A stretch of DNA of 64,000 bases from Nitrososphaerales archaeon (GTDB taxonomy: Archaea; Thermoproteota; Nitrososphaeria; Nitrososphaerales; UBA213): positions 448,001 through 512,000 of the forward strand of contig CBDAOC010000019.1 in assembly GCA_965197925.1 (NCBI GenBank), given 5' to 3'. The translations under genes were made by a program, and so were the position numbers. Below the pieces are notes generated by a model. That model did not search any database. It saw only the letters and a program-made list of their open reading frames with translations, and was not told the DNA's origin. Below are positions 1-10,248 of the stretch, piece after piece (the stretch's first letter is position 1; each line of letters begins with the position of its first letter).

Positions 1-2
1 AT

Positions 3-89
3 ACAGTTAGCCAAAATATTAGGCAGGAAATGATGATAAAGGTAGAAGCATTAGCAAGAACTCTAAAGGATGCTACCAAGCAAATATAG
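3..89 (+). CDS. 3' end of a gene entering the window; possibly tryptophan synthase alpha C-terminus
   Basis: Open frame TVSQNIRQEMMIKVEALARTLKDATKQI* ending just before pyrG; resembles the TrpA terminal helix, but only 28 aa are visible. Confidence 0.3.
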   Translation, partial: TVSQNIRQEMMIKVEALARTLKDATKQI

Positions 90-125
90 AATAACGATTA
101 AAAAGCTGTATTGCAATACCTGAAT

Positions 126-1751
126 ATGCAGAAAACAGAGACAAATTCTGACACAAAATATATTTTTGTCACTGGTGGTGTCATGTCCGGTTTGGGCAAG
201 GGTATTACTACAGCTTCCCTTGCAAAACTACTGCAGTTATGCGGTTTAAAGGTTTCATGTATAAAGATTGATCCCTACTTGAATTTTGATGCCGGCACAA
301 TGAACCCTATTACGCATGGAGAGGTATTTGTGACCAAAGATGGTGGTGAATGTGATATGGATATTGGAACTTATGAACGATTTTTGGATATCGATTTATT
401 GAAGGACCATAACATCACCACAGCACAGATTTATTCCAAAGTAATAGAAAGGGAGAGGAGGGGAAAATATCTGGGACATTGTGTACAGATAATTCCACAT
501 ATAACAGACGAGATAAAAAACAGAATCAGAACTACAGCGAAAAGTGATAATGTAGATGTGATGGTTGTAGAATGTGGTGGTACTGTTGGTGATATGGAAA
601 GCCTTCCATTTCTAGAAGCAATGAGGCAAATGCGGTTGCAAGATGGTATAGATAATACGTTATTCGTGCATGTTACTTTGGCACCAATACTTGATGTTGT
701 TGGTGAGATTAAAACCAAACCTACACAACACAGCGTTCAGGAGTTGCGAAGAATCGGAATACAGCCTGACATCATTGCAATAAGATCCAAGATCCCTTTA
801 GATGGTGGCGTGATAAGGAAGATATCTATGTTTACAAATGTTGAAGAAAAAGCTGTAATTTCTAATCATGATTCCGTTTCTATTTATACAATTCCCGAAA
901 TTTTGGAGGCCCAAGGTCTACACCTTACTATTATACGGAAGCTCAATCTTGATACGCAACCATTCAGGTGGAATGATTGGTCTGAAGTTTTAAATTCTTA
1001 CAAACATTTTGAGGATAAAGTAAAGATATTGATGGTTGGTAAGTATGTGAATTTAGAAGATAGTTATGTTAGTATTAACCATGCTCTTAGCAACGCTGGA
1101 GCAAAACTTGGATATGAAACAGATATAGAATTTGTAGATTCAGAACAACTTGAAGATGGTAATTTACAAATTTTAGATCATCATGATGGGATACTTGTTC
1201 CAGGAGGATTTGGCAAGCGTGGAAGTGAAGGAATAATAAACACGGCAAATTATGCAAGAGTGAAGAACATTCCCTTCTTGGGAATTTGTTTTGGTTTTCA
1301 ATTGGCCATTGTTGCTTTTGCAAGATATGAGTGTAATCTATCAGACGCAAATTCAACAGAAATTGATCCAGATACTAGAAATCCTGTAATCGATTTATTG
1401 CCAGAACAGAATGGTATTGATAACATGGGGGGTACGATGAGACTTGGTACACATGAAATTGATATAGTGCCAAATACAATTGCACACAATCTTTACAAAT
1501 TCAATAAGATAATGAAGAGACATAGACATAGATATGAGTTCAACCAGCAATATAGAGAGCAATTTGAGAAACTTGGGATGATATTTTCTGGTGCTAGTGA
1601 TGGCAGCAGGAGAATGGAAATATTGGAAATACCATATCAAAACTTCTATTTTGCGGTGCAGTATCATGCAGAATTTACAAGCAGACCAGCCAACCCAGAA
1701 GAAGCGTTTCTATCGTTCGTAAAAGCATCTATAAAGAATAAAAAGATTTAG
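126..1751 (+). CDS. pyrG: CTP synthase
   Basis: KYIFVTGGVMSGLGKG, KIDPYLN, GICFG nucleophile elbow, RHRHRYE, QYHAE; ATG at 126 preferred over TTG at 111. Confidence 0.98.
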   Translation: MQKTETNSDTKYIFVTGGVMSGLGKGITTASLAKLLQLCGLKVSCIKIDPYLNFDAGTMNPITHGEVFVTKDGGECDMDIGTYERFLDIDLLKDHNITTAQIYSKVIERERRGKYLGHCVQIIPHITDEIKNRIRTTAKSDNVDVMVVECGGTVGDMESLPFLEAMRQMRLQDGIDNTLFVHVTLAPILDVVGEIKTKPTQHSVQELRRIGIQPDIIAIRSKIPLDGGVIRKISMFTNVEEKAVISNHDSVSIYTIPEILEAQGLHLTIIRKLNLDTQPFRWNDWSEVLNSYKHFEDKVKILMVGKYVNLEDSYVSINHALSNAGAKLGYETDIEFVDSEQLEDGNLQILDHHDGILVPGGFGKRGSEGIINTANYARVKNIPFLGICFGFQLAIVAFARYECNLSDANSTEIDPDTRNPVIDLLPEQNGIDNMGGTMRLGTHEIDIVPNTIAHNLYKFNKIMKRHRHRYEFNQQYREQFEKLGMIFSGASDGSRRMEILEIPYQNFYFAVQYHAEFTSRPANPEEAFLSFVKASIKNKKI

Positions 1752-2746
1752 ATCTTAAGTTCATATGTTCTTTGTCTTGCATCCCTCAACGAAATTTTCT
1801 TCCTTACATAACCCTTATCCAATAAATAGCTCAAAGCAAGACGAACAGTTCTTTCAGGAAGCATGCTCCTTGATGCCAGCTCCTTCTGACCTAAAGCTCC
1901 TTCGTACTCAAGTGTTTTAAGTACTAATTTAGCACTTGGAGACATGCCAAGGAGATCTTCTGCTAGCCGTACTTTTTTTGCTATAAGTGATGTCGCAACA
2001 GAGTCCTCTGTAAGACTAATTAGCCTAGCTGGGAACTGGTGTTTCGAACACTCAAGCATTTTTCTTACCCTCAAACGCTTTCCGCCATCTAAAATTACCT
2101 CACAATGATACCTACTTGTAATATCGTTAATCTCAACTAAACTATCATCGGGCACAACTAGGGGTCTCCGTGTAACGTCAACGGAGCTTACAGATACTAT
2201 AACGAAAACTTTTGCCTTAGGAAGAACCATTGGACCACCAGCAGACATTGAATATGCAGTAGAACCTATTGGAGTGGATGCTATGATACCATCACTGTTA
2301 TCATGCCAAACATCTTCACCATTGACCTTCAACTTATGCTCCATCAAAATTGCACTTTTAGATGGAAAAATTGCAACATCGTTTAGAACCGGCTCTATAT
2401 CTTTGCCATCCACTTTAACTCCTATACGTGTAACTTCGTCAATATTGAAATCACCAGCTTTTAATCTAGTGATTGCCTTATTCAAGTTCTTGATCTCAAT
2501 TTGGGACAGGAAACCTGTAGAATCTGATTCGTGGACACCTAACACCGGAGGTGAATCAGTGATTATCTGATGAAAATAATGTAGTATTCCTTTATCTCCT
2601 CCTAAAACCATTACGATATCGGCATCTTTAGATGTGGCATAATGCCTCCCCATAACAAATGTTTGAATTCCCATACCTTCAAGCGTCTTTTTTATAAGAA
2701 TAAGGATATCATTGTTGAACTCGCCATCCATAATTGCAATACGCAT
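1748..2746 (-). CDS. nadK: NAD kinase with C-terminal winged-HTH
   Basis: LGGDK, LNDV, DGIIASTPIGSTAYSMSAGGP; C-terminal SPSAKLVLKTLEYEG...ERTVRLALSYL wHTH. Confidence 0.9.
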   Translation of the reverse strand: MRIAIMDGEFNNDILILIKKTLEGMGIQTFVMGRHYATSKDADIVMVLGGDKGILHYFHQIITDSPPVLGVHESDSTGFLSQIEIKNLNKAITRLKAGDFNIDEVTRIGVKVDGKDIEPVLNDVAIFPSKSAILMEHKLKVNGEDVWHDNSDGIIASTPIGSTAYSMSAGGPMVLPKAKVFVIVSVSSVDVTRRPLVVPDDSLVEINDITSRYHCEVILDGGKRLRVRKMLECSKHQFPARLISLTEDSVATSLIAKKVRLAEDLLGMSPSAKLVLKTLEYEGALGQKELASRSMLPERTVRLALSYLLDKGYVRKKISLRDARQRTYELKI

Positions 2747-2787
2747 TAAAATTCATACTTGAATACTTTAATTTAAGTTTAGAAGTT

Positions 2788-3021
2788 TCAATCCTCAACT
2801 ACCATCATTGTTAAAGTAGATTTTATATGTGTCAGTTGTCTCACTTTCTCGAATACAGTTTCCTTTATTATTGACTGTGAATTACCTTCCATCATGACAA
2901 TGATATCATATGCACCATAAACCTCATAAATTTGTTTCACATTATCAATCTGTTTTAATTCATTTATTACTTCAGTATCTGTACCTGAATCCACGGAAAG
3001 CAGTACAATGGCTTTGGCCAT
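2788..3021 (-). CDS. Lrp/AsnC ligand-binding (RAM) domain protein
   Basis: 77 aa, VYGAYDIIV motif, C-terminal STLTMMV. Confidence 0.85.
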   Translation of the reverse strand: MAKAIVLLSVDSGTDTEVINELKQIDNVKQIYEVYGAYDIIVMMEGNSQSIIKETVFEKVRQLTHIKSTLTMMVVED

Positions 3022-3055
3022 AACATTAGTATAAGATACTAAATAAAAAACCTGC

Positions 3056-3934
3056 TTATCTGGTAAGCGATCTAATATTGTTATGAAGTATTGAAGCGTA
3101 CTCCTCCACTTCTTTTCTGGCGGGTAATTTTTCTATTCCTACCTTGTTTGTTTTCAATGCTACAATCGAAGCTGCAACTCCATGGCATAACGCCCATTGC
3201 ACGTCATTTGACTTCATATATGCAGACACATATGCGCCAGCAAAAATATCACCAGCGCCAGTTGAATCAATGGCGTCAACAGTTTCCGTAATAATTTCAT
3301 ATAAGTGCTGGTTATGCAACATCAGCGTTCTGTTATCGATCGTCATTATTGCAGTCTTGACATATAATTTGTATATAGCATCTATACCACGTAGGCCTGT
3401 GAGTGCAAAAGCCTCTTCCTTATCAACCTTGATTACATCTATGTTTAATTTGGAAAGATCAATTATGGATTTTTCAACATAACACCTACCCCCATCTCTA
3501 ACTTTCCTTAATAGACCTTGAGGATCAAGGAACATAATGTTTGTTCTTTTAGACAATTTGTTTATTACATCACCATTTACTTCTCCAATTATAGGACTTA
3601 CTATACATCCATCACTATCAACATTAACGTCATGAACAGTTAAATCAGCACATCTTTCTAGAAGGAAAAGCTTTCTTTCATTTCCATTAATCACAATCTT
3701 AAATCTGGTGGTAAGCTCATCTGTTTGGCAGTTATCTGAGATGAAGAGACCCCTTCTACTTAACAGATCCTTATAATCAAAGTCAATACCGATTTTGGTC
3801 AGCAGATTCACATCATGAGAGAATGATTTTATCATTAACCCACTATAGGTAACGGGACCGCCAACAGTTTCCTTATTTAACCTATTACTCTGAATGTGAT
3901 CAATGGTCATATGCGAAACGACAGTTACATCCAC
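3056..3934 (-). CDS. PfkB-family carbohydrate kinase
   Basis: GGPVTY, DPQG, DSTGAGDIFAGAY signature. Confidence 0.9.
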   Translation of the reverse strand: MDVTVVSHMTIDHIQSNRLNKETVGGPVTYSGLMIKSFSHDVNLLTKIGIDFDYKDLLSRRGLFISDNCQTDELTTRFKIVINGNERKLFLLERCADLTVHDVNVDSDGCIVSPIIGEVNGDVINKLSKRTNIMFLDPQGLLRKVRDGGRCYVEKSIIDLSKLNIDVIKVDKEEAFALTGLRGIDAIYKLYVKTAIMTIDNRTLMLHNQHLYEIITETVDAIDSTGAGDIFAGAYVSAYMKSNDVQWALCHGVAASIVALKTNKVGIEKLPARKEVEEYASILHNNIRSLTR

Positions 3935-4460
3935 AATAATATTTCTTGAGTATGATAATATAATTTATAGGGAAATCTGATATTATCATAGACAAACTCT
4001 GGATGAGATCTCTCAAGGCAAGATTTATTCTATTATAGAAGGTAATACATAACGTCTCAAAATATGTTTTGAATGTTTAGAACGATCTGGCATCTCCGTA
4101 AAGACAAGAAGACAAATTTTTTAAAATCTATTTTTTATACAAACTATTACTAGATAATATTATTGGTAAGTCTAGAGATATGAAAAGAGCGTTAGATAAT
4201 ACAATTTTATACTTTCAAGTTTTTATCTGCTTGGAATTGATGAAGGTATTATTATTTGATTAGAACAATCACATTAGATAACTTTCTAAATTGTTCGATA
4301 TCAATATATTTAACCGATGCCATTTATTGAGTTCAGAATTGGATTGGTTCTAAATTCAATTGAATCTTAACCATACACTTTCCCACTTCAATTCTATTCC
4401 ATTGTATTATACCAATAAAGGAACACAACACTTAAAACATATTGCCAGGGTGTGAAATAC

Positions 4461-4748
4461 ATGCCAAAGAAAAGAACCAGCAGGGGTCGTTCTAAGGGTG
4501 GAAAGGGTCGTGCAAGTTTAATTCAATGTACCAATTGCGCTCGATGGGTTCCTCGAGATAAGGCAAAGAAGGTTACCCAGAGGTTAAGTTTGGTAGAACC
4601 ACAATTGGCAAAGGAACTTAGGGCAAGTGGAACATACATCGCGGCCCCAACTATAGTAAAAACCTACTGTGTATCATGTGCAGTGTTCTTCGGTGTCGTG
4701 AAGGTTAGGTCGGAGAAGGATCGAAGAATGACAGGTAGACTGCGTTAA
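4461..4748 (+). CDS. rps26e: 30S ribosomal protein S26e
   Basis: MPKKRTSRGRSKG, CTNC...VPRDKAKK, YCVSCA. Confidence 0.96.
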   Translation: MPKKRTSRGRSKGGKGRASLIQCTNCARWVPRDKAKKVTQRLSLVEPQLAKELRASGTYIAAPTIVKTYCVSCAVFFGVVKVRSEKDRRMTGRLR

Positions 4749-5329
4749 GTTTGCTTCATGTGTGAAACAACGAAAACGAGTCTCTGAATAAAGGTTATGC
4801 CTGCTATTATCGCTACTACCATTATTCCATATTGGATTAAACCAGCAATGCTAAAGATGGCTATAACAATCAAGCGTTCGGCTCTTTCACCGATTCCTAT
4901 CCCTTTAAGCTCAATCTTTAGTGATTCGGCTCTTGCTCTGGTATAACTGACCAATAAGGAGAGGGCTAATGCAAGTAACACCAATTTATCATCCGCAAAT
5001 CCGCCATAAAGTATGCCAAGAAATATAGCAGTTTCTGCAACCTTGTCAAAAGTCGAATCCAAAAATGCTCCCTTGGATGAGACTTGTTTAGTTGCTCTAG
5101 CAACACTACCATCAACGATATCGAAGAAACCTGAGATCAGTAAAGCTATGCCACCGTAAATTGGTGCATACATTATTCCGACCTTAACACTTGTATATAA
5201 TAGTGAAGATAAAATTGCAAGTGTAAAACTAATAATAGTACAGATATTCGGAGATAGTCCGCTGGCAGCGAGCTTCAGTCCCAGCTTATTCATTGCTGGT
5301 TCTATTCTATCCCTTAATCGGTTCAGCAA
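4745..5329 (-). CDS. CDP-alcohol phosphatidyltransferase (archaetidylinositol phosphate synthase-like)
   Basis: DIVDGSVAR...GAFLDSTFD motif, SYTRARAE, ERAER. Confidence 0.92.
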   Translation of the reverse strand: MLNRLRDRIEPAMNKLGLKLAASGLSPNICTIISFTLAILSSLLYTSVKVGIMYAPIYGGIALLISGFFDIVDGSVARATKQVSSKGAFLDSTFDKVAETAIFLGILYGGFADDKLVLLALALSLLVSYTRARAESLKIELKGIGIGERAERLIVIAIFSIAGLIQYGIMVVAIIAGITFIQRLVFVVSHMKQT

Positions 5330-5385
5330 TGTTATTTTTGTTATTTAACAAGTATTTATAGGCTAGCGGTAAATGAAGAAAGTGA

Positions 5386-5604
5386 ATGGGTAAGGTTAGT
5401 AAAGGGATAAAATGTAGTGTCAATAATTGTAACGATAACTCAGTTAGATCATTAAGCGCTAACAGAGTAAAAGATGTGGGCCTTGATGTTTATTCTGGCT
5501 CAAAGCAATCTTATCTTTGCAAGGAACATTATAAACAATGGAAGAAAGTAATGAAACAAGAAAAAAAAGATGACGTTTCATTGCGGTATGGTGGAGAATC
5601 CTAG
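5386..5604 (+). CDS. Small Zn-binding hypothetical protein
   Basis: CSVNNC and YLCKEHY; directly upstream of thrS. Confidence 0.7.
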   Translation: MGKVSKGIKCSVNNCNDNSVRSLSANRVKDVGLDVYSGSKQSYLCKEHYKQWKKVMKQEKKDDVSLRYGGES

Positions 5605-5650
5605 TCATATTTGTTAGAAAGTTTTAATTCAACATATTTGTTCACTAGAT

Positions 5651-7504
5651 ATGCGAATATTACAATTACATTGCAATTTCATAGAGTATGAACCAATCGA
5701 TAAAGAGATAGTATTGGCTGAGGATATTAAGAAGGAAAAAATTAGACTAGAGGATTTAGTTGTTGTATTGGTTGCTGTTGAAAATGAAGATGATGAGAAT
5801 GTGGTTAGAACAGCAGTTGACGAAATAAAAAAATCCTGCTCGAACTTGAAATGTAATAGCCTATTGATATATCCTTATGCACACCTGAGCTCAAATTTGG
5901 CGACTCCTGGCTCTGCTTTGAATATATTAAAGTCTATGGAATCACTTGCAAAGGATGGAATAGAAGTTTACAGGGCACCCTTTGGATGGACAAAATCATT
6001 TAACATTAGCGTCAAGGGTCATCCGTTGGCTGAGCATTCAAGCGTAATATCAAGACAAACTCCAAAAGAAGGCGTTTCCTCTGCCCTAAAGGCCGAGGAG
6101 AAACTGGTATCATATTGGTATATATTGGATCCAGAGGGTAATTTAACAACCCTGGAGAAATACAATTTTTCACCCAAGGAAAGATTAGAGGTGTTAGCAA
6201 ATTATGAAACTGTAAAGCAACGAACTGGTGACAGCCTATCCCCACATATGATATTAATGAAGAAACTGGCAATAGCAGATTATGAGCCAGCGTCTGATTC
6301 TGGAAACTTGCGTTTTTATCCCAATGGTAGATTGATCAAATCATTAATAGAACAATTTGTTACCAACAAAGTAATGGAATATGGTGGCATAGAAGTTGAG
6401 ACGCCTATAATGTACGATGCAAAACATCCTAGTATGGAGAGTTATTTTAACAGATTCCCTGCCAGACAGTATAACATAACTGAAGAAGGTAAACGATTGT
6501 TTCTAAGATTTGCAGCTTGTTTCGGTCAATTTCTTATGGCTAAAGATTTTCAAATATCATACAAAAATTTACCCCTAAAGCTCTACGAACTAACAAGATA
6601 CAGTTTCAGGAAAGAAAAGAGTGGCGAATTAGTTGGTCTAAGAAGATTACGAGCTTTTACTATGCCTGATTGCCATGCTTTATGTAAAGATATGGAACAA
6701 GCGAAGCAGGAAGCTATACGGAGGTTCAAATTGTCATTAAACGTGATCAACGAGTTGGGGTTAACAATTGACGATATTGAAATGGTTCTACGATGTACTC
6801 AAGAATTTTACTCCTTAAATAAAGAGTTCGTTCATGAGCTCGTAAGAATGTTTGGTAAACCCATTTTGGTGGAGTATTGGAAGGAGAGGTTTTTTTATTT
6901 CACTTTAAAATGGGAATTCAATTTCATTGATAATTTAGGTAAAGCATCTGCGTTATCAACAGACCAGATAGATGTAGAAAATGGCGCAAGATATAATATA
7001 TTTTTTGTTGATGAAGATGGTTCCAAAAAAAATCCCATCATTCTTCATAATTCTCCAAGTGGGGCAGTAGAGCGTATTATTTACACACTGCTAGAAAAGG
7101 CTGCCAAAGCTCAGAAGGAAGGTAAAACACCCACTTTGCCAATTTGGCTTGCGCCTACACAGATCAGAATTCTACCGGTTTCGAATAAATACCTTCAGAT
7201 TTGTGAAAAACTACTGGAAAAGTTGGAAAAAACACAGATAAGGATTGATCTCGATGATAGGGACGAAACACTTGGAAAAAGAATAAGAGAGGCGGAAAAA
7301 GAATGGATACCGTATATAATAGTAATAGGAGATAAAGAAATGAAGAGTGACAAGTTAAGTGTTAGGGATAGATTTTCAGGCAAAGTAAGGGAAATAAAAA
7401 CTAGTGAACTCATAAAGGAGATCAATGATGCAAGTATTGACAAGCCATTCATGCCTTTGAATATGGTCAAGTATATATCAAAAAGACCACAAATAGCGGT
7501 GTAG
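5651..7504 (+). CDS. thrS: Threonine--tRNA ligase, archaeal type with N-terminal editing domain
   Basis: YPYAHLS, RAPFGW, LRFAAC, RLRAFTMPDCH, anticodon-binding C-terminus. Confidence 0.97.
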   Translation: MRILQLHCNFIEYEPIDKEIVLAEDIKKEKIRLEDLVVVLVAVENEDDENVVRTAVDEIKKSCSNLKCNSLLIYPYAHLSSNLATPGSALNILKSMESLAKDGIEVYRAPFGWTKSFNISVKGHPLAEHSSVISRQTPKEGVSSALKAEEKLVSYWYILDPEGNLTTLEKYNFSPKERLEVLANYETVKQRTGDSLSPHMILMKKLAIADYEPASDSGNLRFYPNGRLIKSLIEQFVTNKVMEYGGIEVETPIMYDAKHPSMESYFNRFPARQYNITEEGKRLFLRFAACFGQFLMAKDFQISYKNLPLKLYELTRYSFRKEKSGELVGLRRLRAFTMPDCHALCKDMEQAKQEAIRRFKLSLNVINELGLTIDDIEMVLRCTQEFYSLNKEFVHELVRMFGKPILVEYWKERFFYFTLKWEFNFIDNLGKASALSTDQIDVENGARYNIFFVDEDGSKKNPIILHNSPSGAVERIIYTLLEKAAKAQKEGKTPTLPIWLAPTQIRILPVSNKYLQICEKLLEKLEKTQIRIDLDDRDETLGKRIREAEKEWIPYIIVIGDKEMKSDKLSVRDRFSGKVREIKTSELIKEINDASIDKPFMPLNMVKYISKRPQIAV

Positions 7505-7510
7505 TATGCA

Positions 7511-8381
7511 CAACTCATCTCAAAACTAACCATTTAGACAATTTTTAGCGGCCATTTAGATCTATGAATAGCGACATCTAAAATTATTTTATGAAATTCC
7601 AAGAATTATCAGACAAACAGTGGAGTATGATGGAATCACACATACCACCACATGCAAAAACTGGCAGGCCTAGGGATTATGATAGAAAAATCATTAACGG
7701 AATAATCCATGTTCTAACTACTGGATGCCGATGGGACGATATGCCAAAAAGATATGGTGATGATTCTACTGCAAACAGAAGGTTAAACAAATGGCAACAA
7801 AAAGGAATCTGGAAAAAGATTCTATCGCGTACTATTCACTCAGCACATAAATCTGGCAAAATTAATCTACAAATATCAGTTGACTCTTCATCCATTCCTG
7901 ATAAAAAAGGGGCAATGTAACTGGATATAATGGATTCAAGAGAATAACAGGTACAAAAATACATGCCGCAGTAGAGAGTAACGGATTTCCAATATCCATA
8001 CTGTTGAGTCCAGCAAATGAACATGACAGTACAAAATGCATGGATGTTACAGGATCAATTTCAGACTATCTTGATGATGATTCAATACAACAGATAGAAC
8101 CAGTTTATGCAGACAAAATGATGCAAAATACATCAGAATGTATTTGTGGGATAGAAATATTGCATGTTGCATCCCATACAAAATAAATTCCAAGTTCATC
8201 TTGCAAAATAATGATTGCAAACATTACAGCAAGACAAGATTTGTAGTTGAGAGATTCCTTGCATGGCTCAAGAATGGATTTCACAGAACAAGAATCAGAT
8301 ATGAAAGAACGGCAGAAAACTACCTGGCATTTGTTAATCTTGCATCATTTTTGATGTATTGTAGGGTTTTGAGATGAGTTG
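7511..8381 (+). mobile_element. IS5-family (IS427-like) element, copy 1, transposase defective
   Basis: Perfect 16-bp TIR CAACTCATCTCAAAAC / GTTTTGAGATGAGTTG; orfA 7591-7920 (TGCRWDDMP), AAAAAAGGGG slippery site, orfB VVERFLAWL...RYE broken by a further frameshift. Confidence 0.93.
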
Positions 8382-9410
8382 ATAATAATCACTTAATGCC
8401 GATGCAAGTTCTCTCTCCAATGCGATGACACGTGCATTGTTGCCAATATCACTAGTACAAAATGTTGCACCGTGCTTCACACGCTTGATTATTTCAATGA
8501 CCTTGGGATGTATTGCCATCTTGTCGAAAGCACGGTCTGTCTTGGACTCGTATAACGGCATGATTGCGTATTCATCATGAACGCCCCTGGCATCGATTGG
8601 CTTGATCTCAAATTTGTTCACCATTGTAATCCCCGTCTTGGTCCTGGGAAAGACCTCGTGCATCACTCCAAATAATTCTTCAAAACCATAACCATGCATG
8701 AACTTCAACCCTCGTTCAAACTCCCTATCTGTAAGCTTCACATTGGCATATGCGCCAAAACGCTTCTTCTTGCCAGACATGATGCCTGTGATTCCACGTG
8801 GAATTGCAACACCATTCCTGATCATGAAATTACGGGTTGATGATACATAATTGGTTATCTCTCTGGCACCAAAATCGATATTATTGTTGAATTGATGTGC
8901 ATGCCTTGTCTCACCTGCCTTGAACATTCTTTCAAACTCCTTTAGCAGGGCAACGCTTGTATCAATATCTTGTAGGAATGCATCCGGGTGAACATTCAGC
9001 GTGTTGCATACAACGTTCAAACCCTGTATCATATGATTAACCGATACCGCTGGCTGCCCATTCTTTCCAGCGGTCATCAAGTCGTTGAACCATTTCTGGA
9101 CTGATGGAATCTGTAAGAATTGAGACTTTGCCATTTCTGCATATTGTACCTGCTTCCTGTCCTGTTCTGACCTAAGTAGACGACCAGTTGTAGGATCTTT
9201 TTGTAGCTTGCCTTCCCTGACCAACATTTGCCATAGTTCCCATACCCACTGTTCCGAACGGTTGATCAACTTTGCAATCTCCTGCCTGTTCTTTGGCATG
9301 ATACCCTTCGATCGATTGCCGACCGTATGCTCATAGACTTGCTGCAGTAGTTGTTGTTTATCCTGTGGTTTCTTTACACGTTGTTTATCCCAGGAGAATC
9401 TAGTTCTTAT
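8382..9410 (-). pseudogene. Tyrosine-recombinase/integrase-like protein with N-terminal wHTH, C-terminally truncated by the IS
   Basis: LTDREF...FPRT (first catalytic Arg position), ESKT (Lys); ORF runs into the IS TIR before any HxxR/Y; frame is open upstream of ATG 9299 to an ATA at 9410. Confidence 0.5.
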
Positions 9411-9550
9411 GCTCCCTCACCTTGATGGCATTCCATGCACAAAAATTCATGGTTGGTTGGATTCGAGCAATCGCACCTCTCTATCGTACTGTGAAAGTTA
9501 CATCCAGCGCATCTTATCTTATGCTCATGTATTGATGTGTTGGTAGTCAT
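9407..9550 (-). CDS. 47-aa Cys-rich Zn-finger microprotein (not in the ORF track)
   Basis: MTTNTSIHEHKIRCAGC...CDC...CMECH; ATGA overlap with the upstream ORF. Confidence 0.6.
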   Translation of the reverse strand: MTTNTSIHEHKIRCAGCNFHSTIERCDCSNPTNHEFLCMECHQGEGA

Positions 9551-9708
9551 GCTTTGGTCTCCAGCTTGTCTAGTTTTTCACGAATAACTAAATCGATAAA
9601 TTGGTTAGTATTAGTCATGCTTGGGTCGGTCTTCTTTTTGATTAGATCTTTGATTCTTTTTGCTAACTCATCTCTTAGCCGTGCTGTCGTCCAACCTTTT
9701 ACTGTCAT
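9547..9708 (-). CDS. 53-aa ribbon-helix-helix-like regulator (not in the ORF track)
   Basis: MTVKGWTTARLRDELAKRIKDLIKKKTDPSMTNTNQFIDLVIREKLDKLETKA; aligns by eye with the N-terminus of 9828-10214. Confidence 0.75.
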   Translation of the reverse strand: MTVKGWTTARLRDELAKRIKDLIKKKTDPSMTNTNQFIDLVIREKLDKLETKA

Positions 9709-9761
9709 ACTATAAATATACTATAAATCCTATTTAAATGTTTATAGTATATTTATAGTAT
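9707..9761. promoter_or_regulatory. Operator-like perfect 21-bp inverted repeat flanking a TATA box
   Basis: ATACTATAAATATACTATAAA (9707-9727) / TTTATAGTATATTTATAGTAT (9741-9761); 13-bp spacer contains TTTAAATA on the minus strand, about 25 nt upstream of ATG 9708. Confidence 0.75.
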
Positions 9762-9827
9762 TTTTTCACAACATAGAATTAAAAATCAGGCATAGCCTTT
9801 TATTAAAATATCTGGTAATAATACTAT

Positions 9828-10214
9828 ATGGTAAAAGAAACATGGTCAGCAGCTAATGTGAGAATTTCGTTACTTCGCAGAATTAAAAAAGCGTTAGAGT
9901 CAGAAGAAGCAAAAGAAGAAGGGTTAAACAACGTTAATCAATTCATTGATTCGGCAATACGAGATCTATTAGAAAAATTAGAATCCGAACGCTTCAAGCA
10001 TATAAACATGTACAACGACCACGTAAAAATTATGGACAACAAGCTTGGTAAATTGGGCAGAATCGTATCTGTATACTTTAAGAAAGGAGGTAATCAATGG
10101 TGCGACTACTGTGAGGAATCAGACTGTATCCATGTCCAGTACGCATGGGAGATTGCAGACGTACGGAAGATTCTGGAAAAACGTGGGTTTAGTCCTCCTC
10201 CGTCAAGGGTCTGA
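9828..10214 (+). CDS. RHH-like DNA-binding protein with C-terminal SWIM-like Zn finger
   Basis: NNVNQFIDSAIRDLLEK helix; CDYC-x4-CIH. Confidence 0.7.
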   Translation: MVKETWSAANVRISLLRRIKKALESEEAKEEGLNNVNQFIDSAIRDLLEKLESERFKHINMYNDHVKIMDNKLGKLGRIVSVYFKKGGNQWCDYCEESDCIHVQYAWEIADVRKILEKRGFSPPPSRV

Positions 10215-10248
10215 CTCTTGCTAGATAGTTTGATTTCAGAATCCTGAA

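Noticed and set aside
431..3482. Numerous short antisense ORFs within pyrG, nadK and pfkB (and likewise in other core genes)
   Set aside because: Fully overlap well-supported genes and have no recognisable motifs
7905..7920. AAAAAAGGGG frameshift as a novel recoding event
   Set aside because: Standard programmed -1 frameshift of two-ORF IS5-family transposases
8334..8381. C-terminal QLISKPYNTSKMMQD of the 321-aa ORF
   Set aside because: Read-through into the IS right end, not native sequence
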